DNA of 64,000 nt. Source: the human T2T-CHM13v2.0 reference genome, Homo sapiens. A program made the position numbers and the translations under genes. The DNA lies in assembly GCF_009914755.1 (NCBI RefSeq), contig NC_060941.1. One strand, given 5' to 3'. Shown piece by piece: positions 20,876-41,191 of this stretch. A model generated the notes under the pieces. It made no database searches. It saw nothing but the letters and a program-made list of their open reading frames with translations, and was not told where the DNA came from. Positions within the stretch are counted from its first letter, which is position 1; each line of letters opens with the position of its first letter.

Positions 20876-21479
20876 AGACAGGGTCTTGCTCTGTTGCCCA
20901 GGTTGGAGTTCAGTGGTGTAATCATGGCCCACTGCTGCCTTGATCTCCTGGGCTCCAGCAATCCTCACACCTCAGCCTCCTGAGTAGCTGGGACTACGGG
21001 CATGCACCCCATGCCTGGATAATTTTTTAAAATTTTTTTGTAGAGAAGTCTCATTATGTTGCTCAGGCTGGTCTCAAACTCCTGAAGTCAAGCGATTCCC
21101 CTGACCCGGCTTCCCAAAGTGCTACGATTATAGGCATGAGCCACAGCACCGTCTCAAGCTTTCCTTAATGGCCTTTGTTAGAATTATAGTTATAACTATA
21201 AACTCTGTAAGGGCAAGATACACGTTAATTTTTGCTCACCTTTGTCTTTCCAACAGCTAGCAAAGTACCTGGCACAGGTAATTTGTAAGCACTTATGATT
21301 ATTTGAATACATGAACAAATGAGATCCTTCATTGGGAAATGAATTATCTACCCAGTGGTCTAAGAGAGTAAGCTTTAATATTTGTACTTTTTGGCTTCTG
21401 GAACTCCATACTTTACTCTGAGCCCTGGCATCATGAGAATTGATCATCCAGTTTGGTTAAGACCATTCAGCTCTACCAT

Positions 21480-22130
21480 TCTGGAATCAAATACCTGTTC
21501 AGCTTACATGATGCCTTATTTGAAGATATTCATTTCTAGGTGTCCACATCAAACAGGTCATCAATGACTGACATCTGCTGTCTGATTCTCTGAAAAGTCC
21601 TTCATCTCCACCTAAGAGAGCAACCTGATATTTACCATATGAGAATTCTTCCCCTCAGCTCTCTTGGTCACCAACGATATGGGTCGTTTGTAGGTTCTCC
21701 AAGTTCTTCTCATGGTTAAGGGCATTTCAGGTGCCCTGCTTGGAAATGATAGCTCAGTTTCTAGTATTTGTAGAGAAGGAACATAAAACTTGGTGCAGCA
21801 CATACTTCAAGAAATCTTGGAGAATTAAGTGTTGCTTCTCAGTATCTCACTCCAGTACAGAACTCCAGTTCTGTAGCTTTACACCTCATGTTGTAAGCAT
21901 GAAGAGTAACTTAGAGTTATCAGGCGGCTTCATCAGTTATATAGAAAAAAATGTATATTTTCCTTCTGTATAACTGATAGAATCCAGCTCTCTGTAGTAT
22001 GTACTTTCTATAATCTGTTTGTGGAGTAAAGCTGAGTTAATAGCAATTGTATCTCACACAGATACATTGCTCTGTGTCATGTGTCTTGCCTATTACTTCC
22101 TTGGAGAAAGTTATGAAAAGTTGTGTCCTG
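21480..22130 (-). mobile_element. Ancient RTE-clade LINE remnant (L4/RTE-X-like), region C-terminal to the RT domain
   Basis: Frameshifted minus-strand translation gives L-Y-N-(C)-E-A, A-T-E-L-x-F...I-L-R, E-L-S-F...G-H and L-E-N-L-Q-T-T-H-I-V-G, collinear with RTE motifs LLYGCEAW, EAFEMW..RRILRI, QLSFLGH and LENLVTTGKIEG. Confidence 0.55.
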
Positions 22131-23889
22131 TACAGAGACGCCACGATGCTCTACATCTTCCATGCTACTTCCTTACTCCCTGGTCACAGGCCTAACTCAG
22201 AGTTCTAATCCTACTGAACACTTCATTGTCTAAATGCCCCATTTACATCTTCTTCCTCTCTCCCTGAAGGCTTTCGTAGATTGTGTATTCAAAAGATCAC
22301 TGAATCAAAAAGAAAATCACCATTCTTTATTTTTTTTCCTGGCACTTATAATCATCCAACATAATACACATATTTTGTTTACATTGTTTATTGTGATTCC
22401 CTTCACTAAAATGTATGCTTCAGGGATCCAGGAATGTCTGTCTGTTTTATTCGCAGTAGTAGTATTAGCAGTTAGTATAGAATCTAAAATATAGTAGGTG
22501 CTCATTAAATATTTGTTGAATGAATTAATGATGCCAAATTGATATAAGAAAGGATATTCAAGCATAACTTTACCATGCACAGGGTTTTTCATCATTTCAA
22601 ATTGCTGAACAAAATTCTCAAAGTTAAAAAACAAAAACAAACATTACTACTTTGGAAGAGAATGTAGGCATTTAGAACAAACAAGATGTAGAATTAGGGA
22701 ATTTATACTAAAAATACCACCGAAGAGTGAGCACTTGGAGACAATCTACATGTATCCATATGTCACACATGTGCCTGGGCTTTGGTTGCTAGAAATAATT
22801 TCCCTGAATAATTTCTGGGGAGGGGATGTGTTTATAAATGCCCTCCTTGGCAGAGCACGGTGGCTCACGCCTGTAATCCCAGCTCTTTGGGAGGCGGAGG
22901 TGGGTGGATCACAAGGTTAGGACCATCCTGGCCAACATGGCGAAACCCCATCTCTACTAAAAATACAAAAATTAGCCAGGCATGGCGGCACTGTGCCTGT
23001 AGTCCCAGCTACCCGGGAGGCTGAGGCAGAATTGTTTAAACCCGGGAGGCAGAAATTGCAGTCACTGCAACCCAGCCTGGGCGACAGAGTGAGACTCCGT
23101 CTGAAAACAAACAAACAAAAAATGCAACAAACAAAAAATGCCCTCCTTGATCTGCTTGGCTCTGTCTTCCTCTCAGGATCTCGGTCACTTGGCTTTCTTC
23201 CTTGCCAGAGGGGTATTAGGAGATGGTAGCTGAGTCCAGGGTTTTATAACCAAGGGAATAGGGAGAGGCAACCTCTTGGTGGTGAGGACTGGGCTGCAGC
23301 AGCAGTTTCCGGAACCTACTTTCTCATGACTGAACGTATGCAGGCTCTGGCTTCCCCAGTGGCTTCTTGGAGAAGTCAGGTAACGACTCATGGGAGATGA
23401 ATTATTTATTCTTCTTCTGTGTCCTCCAACAGATTATTGAGACCCATACAGCCATTCCAGAGATGTTCTCATTTGATCAGGCAACCAGTTGTGTTTCTTT
23501 GAGAAGCTGTAGCCCCGATTCCTCCTTCTCTAGGATGGTACTCATCTTCCTCCCTCTCCCCACATACAATAAAAATGAGCTCTATGAGCGTTTTTTTAGG
23601 TTCTGTTTTCCGGGTAACCCAAGCTAGAGCCTAGAGAAGAGGGAAGTATTCTGAAACAACTCACTTTCAAAAGATTACATGAAACCACAGGCATGTCTTA
23701 GGGTTCAAATCTTCTTTCATGTGCCTTGATTCAAAACTGTATATTTCTACTTCAATATAGTTAAGATATTAATCTGTAGCAAAAGTCAAATAACCGTAAA
23801 ATGAAAAACTGGTAGAACTTCAAGTGAAGACTGGAATAGTTGGAGATGAGTTGTTGTAGTCAGAAAGACCCTTTTGTCAAATTCATTCA

Positions 23890-24402
<513 letters not shown>

Positions 24403-24712
24403 TCATCAGGAAAGGCTTCTCTGGGAAGGAAACTTAAGCAGAGATCAGAATGAGGGAGGTATCAGTGTAGAAGTCTATGAAATAGCATCTACTTTAGCCA
24501 CATATACTCATAGGTTGTTTGTCAGATTCGCTTTGAATTGAGAATAAATAAATAGAGAAGAGAAGGAGAAAAGTTTTTGCCTTTCTTCTTCTTTTTTTTT
24601 TTGTCACAAAAACATCTAAGCCTGAATGTCTCCTAAATTATTCTTTGTGGCTGGTTAGTCAATTTAGCCAAAGTTGAAGGTACTTCCTCCTTCTTGAATG
24701 CAAAATTACTTC

Positions 24713-25083
24713 TTTTTTTCTTTTTGTTTTTTTAATAGAGACGAGGTCTATGTTGCCCAGACTGGTCTTGAACTCCTGGCCTCAAGAGATCTGTCTGCCT
24801 CTGCTAACATGGTGAAACCCCGTTTCTACTAAAAATACAAAAAAAAAAAAAAAAAAAAAATTGGCCAGGAGTGGTGGTGGACACCTGTAGTCCCAGCTAC
24901 TCAGGAGGCTGAGGCAGGAGAATGGCATGAACCCAGGAGCAGAGTTTGCAGTGAGCTGAGATTGCACCACTGCACTCCAGCCTGGGCAACAGAGTGAGAC
25001 TCCGTCTAAAAAAAAAAAAAACATCTGCCTACCTCTGCTTCCCAAAGGGCTGGGATTACAGATGTGAGCCACTGCACCCTGCC
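24713..25083. mobile_element. 5'-truncated + strand Alu inserted inside a - strand Alu monomer
   Basis: TSD ATCTG(T/C)CT(G/A)CCTCTGCT at about 24789 and 25023. Confidence 0.8.
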
Positions 25084-25336
25084 CAAAATTACTTCTAGTC
25101 TTATTCTAGCCCTACACTCTGTCTGGTATTATTGCTATTTATTTGCACATCTCATATCCATTTAATATGGCATATGATTTTTCTTTTAAGAGGCAGAGGC
25201 TATGTTGCTCTGTTGCTATGTTGCCCAGGCTGGTCTCGAACTCCTGGGCTCAAGGGATCCTCCTGCCTTAGCCTGCCAAGTAGCTGGGACTACAGGCATG
25301 TGCCATGGTGCCTGACTAATGTGGTATATGTTTTGA

Positions 25337-25717
<381 letters not shown>

Positions 25718-25872
25718 TAAAAAATAAAATATCTGGACTCAGACAAGTTTACCTAACCTCTCAGAGCCTAAGTGTAAAATTGTTATTCCTGTAAAAATCA
25801 GAAATAATAATCATTTGACAGCATTTATTGGTACAAGAAAAGAGAACCGGGTGTGGTGGCTCATGCCTATAA

Positions 25873-25977
<105 letters not shown>

Positions 25978-26609
25978 TAGCTGGGCCTGGTGGTATGTGT
26001 CTGTAGTCCCAGCTACTCAGGAGGCTGAGGCAGGAGGATGCTTGAGCCTGGAAGGTTGAGGATGCAGTGAGCTGAGATCCAGCCTGCACTCCAGCCTGGG
26101 TGACAGAGTGAGACCCTGTCTCAAAAAATAAATAATAAAATAAATAAATAAATAATCTAGTACAGGACCAGATACATGGTAATATTTAATAAATTGTTGG
26201 TCATTCAATCAAGAAATTAAGCATTTTTAAAGGCTTGATCTGAAACCAGGTTATTTGTTCATGTAAAGAATGTGGTAGTTATTTGTTAATAGCATTTGTT
26301 GTTAGTTATTTCCCATAAGGAAATGATGATGTCATCACAAGATCTTTTCCTTAATCAGCTTTATTAAGGTATAAATTAATTATAATTACATATAATTAAA
26401 TATAACTTACATGTAATTAAATTCACCAATTTTCAGTGTATAATTTTTGACAAATGCACACCGTAATCAGCATCACAATCAATATGTAGAATATTTCTCT
26501 CACTGTAAAAAGTTCCCTTGTACCTCTTTGAAAGCAATTTTCCCCTTCTACCCTCAGCCCCTGGCAACCACTGATTTGTTTTCTGCAAAAGATACTTTTT
26601 ACTTTATAA

Positions 26610-26924
<315 letters not shown>

Positions 26925-27814
26925 TATGAGGGCCTTCTACTTAGAAGTCCTTGAGCTAGATAGATACTTCATAGAATACAAAGATAAGTAAGACTCAGTT
27001 TATGTCCTTAAATAGCTAAAAATCTAGTCTAGTCGTATGTAATTTTGAGATTACTCTGTCTACACATAATATGGGACTGAATTTCAATATGAATTATGCC
27101 CACTAAAGAAGAATAAGGAAGAAAAAATATTGTAAATGGTTCCTGAACTTTTAGAATAGTAAACAAAAGATTCATGAGTGCCACTAATTAATTATAATTT
27201 ATTTTAAAAGGCACAAATTTATGATTACAGGATTTCCAGATAATTTTTAAAAAGTAAACTCTTTAAAATTAAGTAACATACATACAGGAAACAAAAGTGC
27301 AGAAATCCTAAGTGCACAGCTTGATCTTTTCAGATTATTTATGGCAACCTAGACCAGCACTGTGTGACCAATGCAGTAAAAAGACAACATCCTGAAGTCT
27401 TATGGTTTAGACAGAATAATTACATCACTGTAAGAAAGAAAGAGATAAGAGAATAATGTTCTGCAAAGGCTCACAAAGAATTGTGGGGATAAGTAGTGAG
27501 AAAATGGATGGCACATTAAAATTCATGAGGAAATGCCGTTTAACTTCTATGAATAACAAAGCGATTATTATGCAGGATCAGGTTTTTCTTTCATCATTAC
27601 AGAAAGACACAAAATCATTATCGTGATCTGCCATATGTTTTTCCTTTGTTATCAGATGCTGGGACAGGCCTATTAAATGTTCTGTGTTACCCAGGGGAAT
27701 GGTCAGGGCGGTGAGTAATGATGGTCACGATGCATATGGTTTTCTATAGTCCTAATTGTCAGTGCATTTAGATCCGAGGAAAGGAACAAATTAAAAAGGG
27801 CAGAATGGCTGGGT

Positions 27815-27995
27815 GAGCACTTTCTTGTGATTGCAAAGAACTGGGTCTATTCTTACCCTTTCTGCCCCTTGCTTTATGCTTTACACCTGCCATTTCCAGA
27901 CTGACAAGGCGCTTTGGTGGCGCCTTGGTCAATGCAATGGGGACTACAATTAATTTAAAAAGGGGTAATGCATGCAAATCGCAGAAAAATATTAA
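27815..27995. repeat. Imperfect palindromic ancient element (MER121-like, tentative)
   Basis: Central hairpin CAAGGCGC-tttggtg-GCGCCTTG plus outer arm matches; octamer ATGCAAAT at 27972-27979. Confidence 0.45.
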
Positions 27996-28372
27996 CACCA
28001 GGAGAAAAAACACAGTGTGGAAAAATAATCCTACAAAAATGTTTATAGTGGGGTCAAACATTTACCCACATTATAATTCCAATACATGCAAAGAAAATAC
28101 TCCTTTTTAATTTCTATCATGGACCTAATTTTTCCTTGCAAGCTTCCACCTTGCTCTATAATAAGAGGAAAAAAACCAACCAAACGTTAAACTTGTCATT
28201 CCAGGCAACAATCTTTTTTTAGTTTAAATAGTTTATTTTGGCCCTGCATGGTGGCTTACTTCTCTATTTAATCCCAGTGCTTTGGGAGACCAAGGAAGGA
28301 AAATGGCTTGAGGCCAGGAGTTCAAGACCAGCCTGGGAAACATAGCGAGACCCCGTTTCTAGAAAAAATTTA

Positions 28373-28519
<147 letters not shown>

Positions 28520-28744
28520 TCAAAAAATATAAATAAATAAATAAATAAATAGTCACTTTTGAATAACAAATTTTCTTTTGGTTAAATCCAGAATCTTTCA
28601 CATTTCTTCCTGCTTCCCTCTGCTTCTGTTCAAAATAATGTCTAGCTGTACAGAGGGATTTGTGACCTAGGGTGGCAAGGAGAGGAAGGGCCTCAGATCT
28701 ATGTGGGGGTCTCAGGATCAAATTTGTCTCTATACCAGAGTGCA

Positions 28745-29589
28745 TGTTTAGGGGAGCCAGAGATCAACCCCCTTTTGCTCTTAGTGGCCTCTTCAGCTAG
28801 ATCTAGAAACCAAATTGACACCAGGCAGATTAACAAGGGAAAAGCAAACAAATTGTATTAGTTCTACATGTACATGGGGGTATTCACAAGAGCATGAAGT
28901 CTGAATAAGTAGCCAAAGCAAGATGCTTTTGTATTTTTAGACAAAAAATGTTACATTTGAAAAGAAATGACAGAACAAAGAGTATCTGGCCAGGGGCAGT
29001 AAATTTTCTAGGGGAGTCACTCGGACATGTATGGAGGATGTAAAACAGGTGGAAGAAAAGGGTTACTTCGTCAAGTACATTTATTCGATCCATTGCAGCC
29101 TCCAATTCTTTTTTTTTTTTTTTTTTTGAAATGGAGTCTCACTCTGCACCCCAGGCTGGAGTGCAGTGGTGCGATCTCACTCACTGTAACATCCTCCTCC
29201 AAGGTTCAAGTGATTCTCCTGCCTTAGCCTTCCAAGTAGCTGGGACTACAGGCGCCCACCACCACGCCCGGTTAATTTTTGTATTTTAGAGACGGGGTTT
29301 CATCATGTTGGCCAGGCTGGTCTTGAACTCCTGACCTCAGGCAATCTGCCCGCCTGTACCTCCCAAAGTGCTGGGATTACAGTCGTGAGCCACCCCGCCT
29401 GGCCTGCAGCCTCCAATTCTAAGTCTCTGGTGATAAGGGTTTGCTCGCTCTGGTATGCAGAGGGTGCCCCTCCCAGAGGCATCTGTATCTCTTGCTGCAT
29501 GAAATTACAATTTCTCAACTGTTTTCAATTTCAAATAATTACTATACCAATCCGGAATATTTTGGGATGGCACATTCTTCACTCCTTCA
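28745..29589. mobile_element. ERV1 solo LTR (MER34/MER39-like) with an internal Alu
   Basis: aattgacaccaggcagattaacaagg... and terminal ...tattttgggatggcacattcttcactccttca. Confidence 0.6.
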
Positions 29590-30295
29590 CATATCTCTGA
29601 CTAAGTTATTTACATAGTAGAAATAAGTTCTCTATTATATCAGAAAAGTTGCAAAAGTAATTTATTTCTATTGTTTTTTATTTAATGTTTTTTATCTACC
29701 ATGTATTTACTTTTTTTATACTTTCCTACCTTCTATTGAGTTACTGATTTATTTTTCACCCTTACTGACTTGAAAGTTATGTTAAAAAAATTAACCTTTA
29801 CTTATTATCGATTAAAAAGGAGTTTCTCTGATAAAAAAGTGGGGTTTCAGGTTTATAACGTAAAGCTTTATGTGATATAGAAAAATGTATCAGTAAACAA
29901 AGCATGTTGTTTTCTTACAGGCTTACACAATTTTGAAATCAATCTTTTCCTCATTGTAATTACATAGAAGCTTAAAATTTTTTTAAGTTTGTTTTATCCA
30001 TTTTTCCTTGTATACTTTACCTTTGGTGGCAAGTTCACAGTTACCAAGTATATTTTCTTCACAGTGGTAAAATTAACAAGAACTTACTTTTGCTTTTTTT
30101 ATTTATAAGAACAATATCACTTCCTTTTACTGAATCAATGTTTACTCTTAAATTTGTAACATGCATGGCTCAACTTGGTCTAAGATACTGTCAGCCTCTT
30201 TTGAACAGTATACAATCTGAGAAACTTTATTCCTCCCATTCTTCCTGTTATTATAGTAATTTGGTTTCACCTTTTCAAAAACCCTCTCAACTTAG

Positions 30296-30775
<480 letters not shown>

Positions 30776-31064
30776 TGAGTAGCTGGGACCACAGGTATGT
30801 ACCACCACATGGCACTAATTAAAAAAAAAATTTTTTTTTGTAGAGCTGGATCTTGCTATGTTGCCCAGACTGGTCTCTTAACTCCTGGCCTCAAGCAATC
30901 CTCCTGCCTTGGGCTCCCAAAGTGTTGAGATTACAGGCATGAGCCATTGTGCCTGGTCTATTATTGCTTTTTAACAGTTAATATTAATATAGATTTACCA
31001 GTATTTTTACTAACTTCTCTGTTCACCATTAGTACTTACAGCGGGTCCTTTCTCCTGGGTTTAA

Positions 31065-31376
<312 letters not shown>

Positions 31377-31704
31377 TAAGCCTGGCTAATTTTTTTGTAT
31401 TTTTAGTAGAGACGGGGTTTCACCGTGTTAGCCAGGATGGTTTCGATCTCCTGACCTCGTGATCCGCCCGCCTCGGCCTCCCAAAGTGCTGGGAATATTT
31501 GAGTGTATTTTTTAAAGCAATGACTTGTTACTATATATTATTTTAGTATTTGTCAGAAAATATCTTGAATTCTCTCTTGAATGTTAGTTTGAGTACAGAC
31601 TTCTTGATTATTTTCGCTTAACAATGTGGAGATGCCCATCATTGTATTGTCTTTTCCATTTTTGTTGAGAAATCTGCTGATAATGTGTTATTGTTCCTTC
31701 GTAG

Positions 31705-32037
<333 letters not shown>

Positions 32038-32078
32038 AGGAAATCTTTTTAATTCTGTTGCTTTTAAGATTTTCTCTA

Positions 32079-32560
<482 letters not shown>

Positions 32561-33538
32561 GAATTTCTCTCTTTCCAGCGTGGTCCATGTTTCATTTTGG
32601 TCAGGTGTATATGGTTTTTAATTTTTCCTGTCTGGGGCTCAGTGATTATCTACTCAAATATTACTTCTTTCCTATTCAAATAGACATTTTCCATTACTCT
32701 GGAACTCCTTTTAGACATCTATTGAGGCTTCCCATCCCATCCTCCATTTCCTCACAGGATACTGTACCCACAGAATAGCTTTGCATTTTCTCGGGAATTT
32801 GCATTCCCTCTTCATTTCTGGCATCTGAAGATTCTTATATTTTATCAAGCATATCTATATTTTTGTTGCATCAGATGAGACTGGATCATCCAGATTTAAC
32901 TCACCAGACTGCTTGTAGTCCCATGCAGCAAAAAAGGTAAAATTTCTGTCTAATTTACAATTAAATGAAGAGGTATAGCTAACTTAATATGTAAAGTAAA
33001 AATTATGCATCTGTGCAAAGTCTTAGAATTATGAATTAAAATGTCAGCATTTTGGTAATCCCTAGTGTCTAGACTGTTTCCTTTTTGTGTGTGTGCTTAC
33101 TTTATAATGAGATTGTAAACCCAGTGGCATTGGGTAAACCTTAGAGGTATCTTGTAAGAATTCTGTTTAATTTTGCTTTATTGAACTTTATGTACTAGAA
33201 GGGAAGCACCAAAAATGAAATTTTAGATAAAAGCCTACTATTGAAGCAATTGTCTATATTTAATACATAGAAATAAAGTTAGTGAAACATCAATATGAAG
33301 CCCATAAACAGTTGGCGGAAAAAGCAATGGCCTAGAGATTTGGGAAGCTGTACCCTAGACTTTGCTCTGCCTCTATGCTGTATGACCTTGGGCAAGTCAT
33401 TGAAGATCTTAAAGTCTTGGTTTCTTCATCTCTACAAAGTGGGGATGGCAGTCTCTATAGTTTAAAATTGCATTATTCTAGATAGTGCAGAGATAGACAG
33501 TGTCATTTGAAAATGTCTTAAAATCCTGATACTTCTAA

Positions 33539-33637
<99 letters not shown>

Positions 33638-34116
33638 TGAGGTCAGGAGTTCAAGACCAGCCTGGCCAACATGGTCAAACCCCATCTCTGTTAAAAATAC
33701 AAAAATTAGCTGGAGATGGTGGCGGGTGCCTGTAATCCCAGCTACTTGGGAGGCTGAGGCAGAAAGAATTGCTTAACACCCAGGAGGCAGAGGTTGCAGT
33801 GAGCTGAGATGGTATCACTGCACTCCAGCCTGGGTGATAGAGTGAGGCTCTGCCTTGAAAAAAAAAAAAGAACCAACATCATACAAATTGTTCCTTTTAA
33901 ATAGGGTGTAATGTTTGGAAAATAAAGTAAAAAAAAAAATCAACCAAAAAAAGTTGAAGAAACTCTCAGACAAGACCTATTTCAGATTTTAATTGTAAAT
34001 TTTAAGAGTATAAGTCCCTTCTGGCCCGGCACGGTGGCTCATGCCTGTAATCCCAGCACTTTGGGAGGCCGAAGTGGGTGGATCATGAGGTCAGGAGATC
34101 AAGACCATCCTGGCTA

Positions 34117-34354
<238 letters not shown>

Positions 34355-34546
34355 TTATGGAAAAAAATGGTGCTAGAACAATTGTGTGTGTGTGTGTGTG
34401 TGTGTGTATATAGGTGTGTGTATGTATGTGTGTGTGTATACCTTGACCCATACCTTGTGCCATGTAAAAACATCAACTCAACTAAACATGCATTGCAAAT
34501 CTCAATGTAAGATTCTATAACTATAAAAATACTTGAAGAAAACATT

Positions 34547-35039
34547 GGCCAGGTGCAGCGACTAATGCCTGTAATCTCATCACTTCGAGGCTGAGGTGGG
34601 AAGATCCATTGAGCCCAGGAGTTTGAGACCAGCCTAGGCAATGTGAAAAAAATAAACAGTCTCTACAAAAAAAAGTACAAAAATTAGCCAAGCAAGAGGG
34701 GAGGGATAGCATTAGGAGATATACCTAATGTAAATGATGAGTTAATGGGTGCAGCACACCAACATGGCACATGTATACATATGTAACAAACTTGCACGTT
34801 GTGCACATGTACCCTAGAACTTAAAGTATAATAAAATAATAATAATTTTAAAAAAATTAGCCAAGCATGGTGGCACATGCCTGTAGTCCAATTTCTCAGG
34901 AGGCTGAAGTGGGAGGTTCACTGAGCCCAGAAGTTCGAGGCTTCATTGTGTGATCGTGCCACTGCATTCCAGCCTGGAAGACAGAGAGAGATCTTGTCTC
35001 AAAAAAAGAAAAATTAAAAATAAATAAAGGAATAAATAA

Positions 35040-35040
<1 letters not shown>
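34547..35040 (+). mobile_element. Old Alu (AluJ-like) split by an L1PA insertion
   Basis: Left arm to about 34694, right arm resumes about 34852. Confidence 0.85.
34695..34850 (+). mobile_element. 5'-truncated L1PA 3' end (~150 bp) inserted in the Alu linker
   Basis: gggagggatagcattaggagatatacctaatg...accctagaacttaaagtataata; 16-bp TSD AAAAATTAGCCAAGCA. Confidence 0.92.
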
Positions 35041-38436
<3,396 letters not shown>

Positions 38437-38849
38437 AAACTATACACTAAAACTATAACATTTGGAAATTATGCCCCAATAACCTGACCGCCCCCTCAAA
38501 AGCCTTCTCACAATGCTTTTCACAGATTTTTTTTTTTTGAGATGGAGTCTCGCACTTTCGCCCGGCTGGAGTGCAGTGCTGAGATCTTGGGGCTTTGCAA
38601 CCTCTGCCTCTGGGGTTCAAGCGATTCTCATGCTTCAGCCTCCTGAATAGCGGGGATTACAGGCGCGCGACACATGCACAGCTAATTTTTGCATTTTTTT
38701 AGTAAAGACGGGGTTTCACCATATTGGTCAGGCTGGTTTGGAACTCCTGACCTCAGATGATCTACCTGCCTCAGCCTCCCAAAGTGGTGCTGGGATTATA
38801 GGTGCCAACCACCGCTGCTGGTCTTTCCTCAGATTTTAATGGTAATACT

Positions 38850-39287
38850 TGACAGAGCAGGAACATTGCCATCTTGGACAAGCACTGCTATTCTAAAGTT
38901 CCCCTTGATCAAAAACTGCCTAATCCAAAAGGCATCAGCCTAATGGCTAAGGTCAGCATGACCATAAACCGCAAATGACATCTCTGACCGGAAACCTTCC
39001 AACCATAAGATAAACCCCTCCCCGACTGGAGAGATGTCAGCCCCAAGATAACCTTCCCTCCAACCAGAGACATTCCAACCCCGCAATAAACTTCTCCCCG
39101 ACACAGAAATATTACAAGCCTGTGATAAATTCTCTTGCCCTGAACTCTTAAATAATCTTAGTCTGTAAGAGAGGGCCCCTGACTGAAATCGGCCAAAAGC
39201 CCCTCTCAGGCTTATTCTCTAAAATAAACCTGTCTTTGACTGTTGAGCCGCTTTTAATGTTTCTTTCCTCTTTCTTTAATTCTTACA
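38850..39287 (+). mobile_element. Intact solo LTR (MER83/MER84-like)
   Basis: TGACAGAGCAGG...TCTTACA with TSD ATACT on both sides; AATAAA near the 3' end. Confidence 0.75.
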
Positions 39288-40331
39288 ATACTTAAATATG
39301 TAAGCTCCTTTTTTTTCCTATGAAAAAATTGTATCATAACTGAGAAATCAATAAGGACAATAAAAATTAAGATATTAAAATAAGGCCAGGTGTGGTGGCT
39401 CACACCTGTAATCCCAGCACTTTGGGAGGCTGAGGCAGGTAGATCACTTGAGGTCAAGAGTTCCAGACCAACCTGGACAACATGACAAAACCCTGTCTCC
39501 ACAAAAAATACAAAAATTAGCCGGGCCTGTTGGTGTACGCCTGTAGTCCCAGCTACTGGGGAGGCTGAGGCAGAAGAATTGCTTGAACCTGGGAGGTGGA
39601 GGTTGCAATTAGCCGAGATCTCACCACTGCATTCCAGCCTGGGTGACAGAGTGAGACTCCATCTCAAAAATAAATAAATAAATAAATAAATAAATATAAA
39701 TAAAATGGAAAGAATTTGCAATACAAAATCTATGTGCCTTAAGGTAAGTCCTACTAAAGACATGCAGTAAATGTTTATTTATGTTTCAATCTGTTTCACT
39801 TTTTGATTTTATGAGTTAAATGTCAATGAAAAATTTTTTTCAGAGAAATAGTACTGTTTCATTTTTCTTTTAAATAATGTTGATCTGAAATTTCTCAAGT
39901 AAACCCAGCTTGCCACCTTCAGGTCACTGAAAGATTTACAGAGACTATAGTCAGAACACTAATACTGCATCTTTCTCAATAATCCATAATTAATAATATC
40001 TTGATCACTCTATTGTGCCTTTGTCAAATGCACTCTATCTAGAATCTTTCCCTAGCATTTACTGGAATCTTCCCAACTTTCAAAGCTCAGTTCAAATGTC
40101 ACTAACTCCTAGAAGCCTTCACTGATCACTCTAGCTAGTTTTTCCTCCTCTAAATATTTTATTTCCTTGATTACTTGTAATCTCACTGAAGGTAATAACC
40201 ATGTCCTACACATATTTTATGCCTCTGCGTGGCTATTAAAAAAGGTGCATATAAGAATTGTGCATTCTAGCTGGACGCGGTGGCTCATGCCTGTAATCCC
40301 AGCACTTTGGGAGGCGGAGGCAGGCGGATCA

Positions 40332-40627
<296 letters not shown>

Positions 40628-40894
40628 CTAGAGTAAACATTGAGCTTTCACTTGGAAGAGGTCCCATTTTACTAGTAAATTAACGGGAATTCTACACATT
40701 TATTAAAGACTATATGCATACATATAAAAGCACAATTTTCATTGACAACTAGCAGTGTCTCAATCTCTATTAAGCTCTCAAACAATATTGTTGATGAATG
40801 ATTTAATGACTATTTGGTGACTGGCTTTGTGATAACTACTCAAATCTTAATATCTAGACATTTAAAGAGAAGAAAGTGTGATGATATCTTTTAC

Positions 40895-41191
40895 TTTTTT
40901 TTTTTTTTTGAGACAGTCTCACTCTGTCACCCAGGCTGGAGTGCAGTGGCATGATCTCAGCTCACTGCAACCTCTGCCTCCTGGGTTCAAGTGATTATCA
41001 TGCCTCAGCCTCCTGAGTAAGCTGGGATCACCGGCGAGCGCCGCCACGGCTGGCTAACTTTTGTATTTTTTTGTAGAGATGGGGTTTTACCATGTCGGTC
41101 AGGCTTGTCTTGAACTCCTGGCCTCAGGCGATCTGCCCGCCTCGGCCTCCTAAAGTGCTGGGATTACAGGTGTGAGCCATAGCACCTGGCT
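40895..41191 (-). mobile_element. Alu interrupting the source of the 36.3-kb duplicated segment
   Basis: TSD GATATCTTTTACTTTT/GCTATTTTTTACTTTT. Confidence 0.9.
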
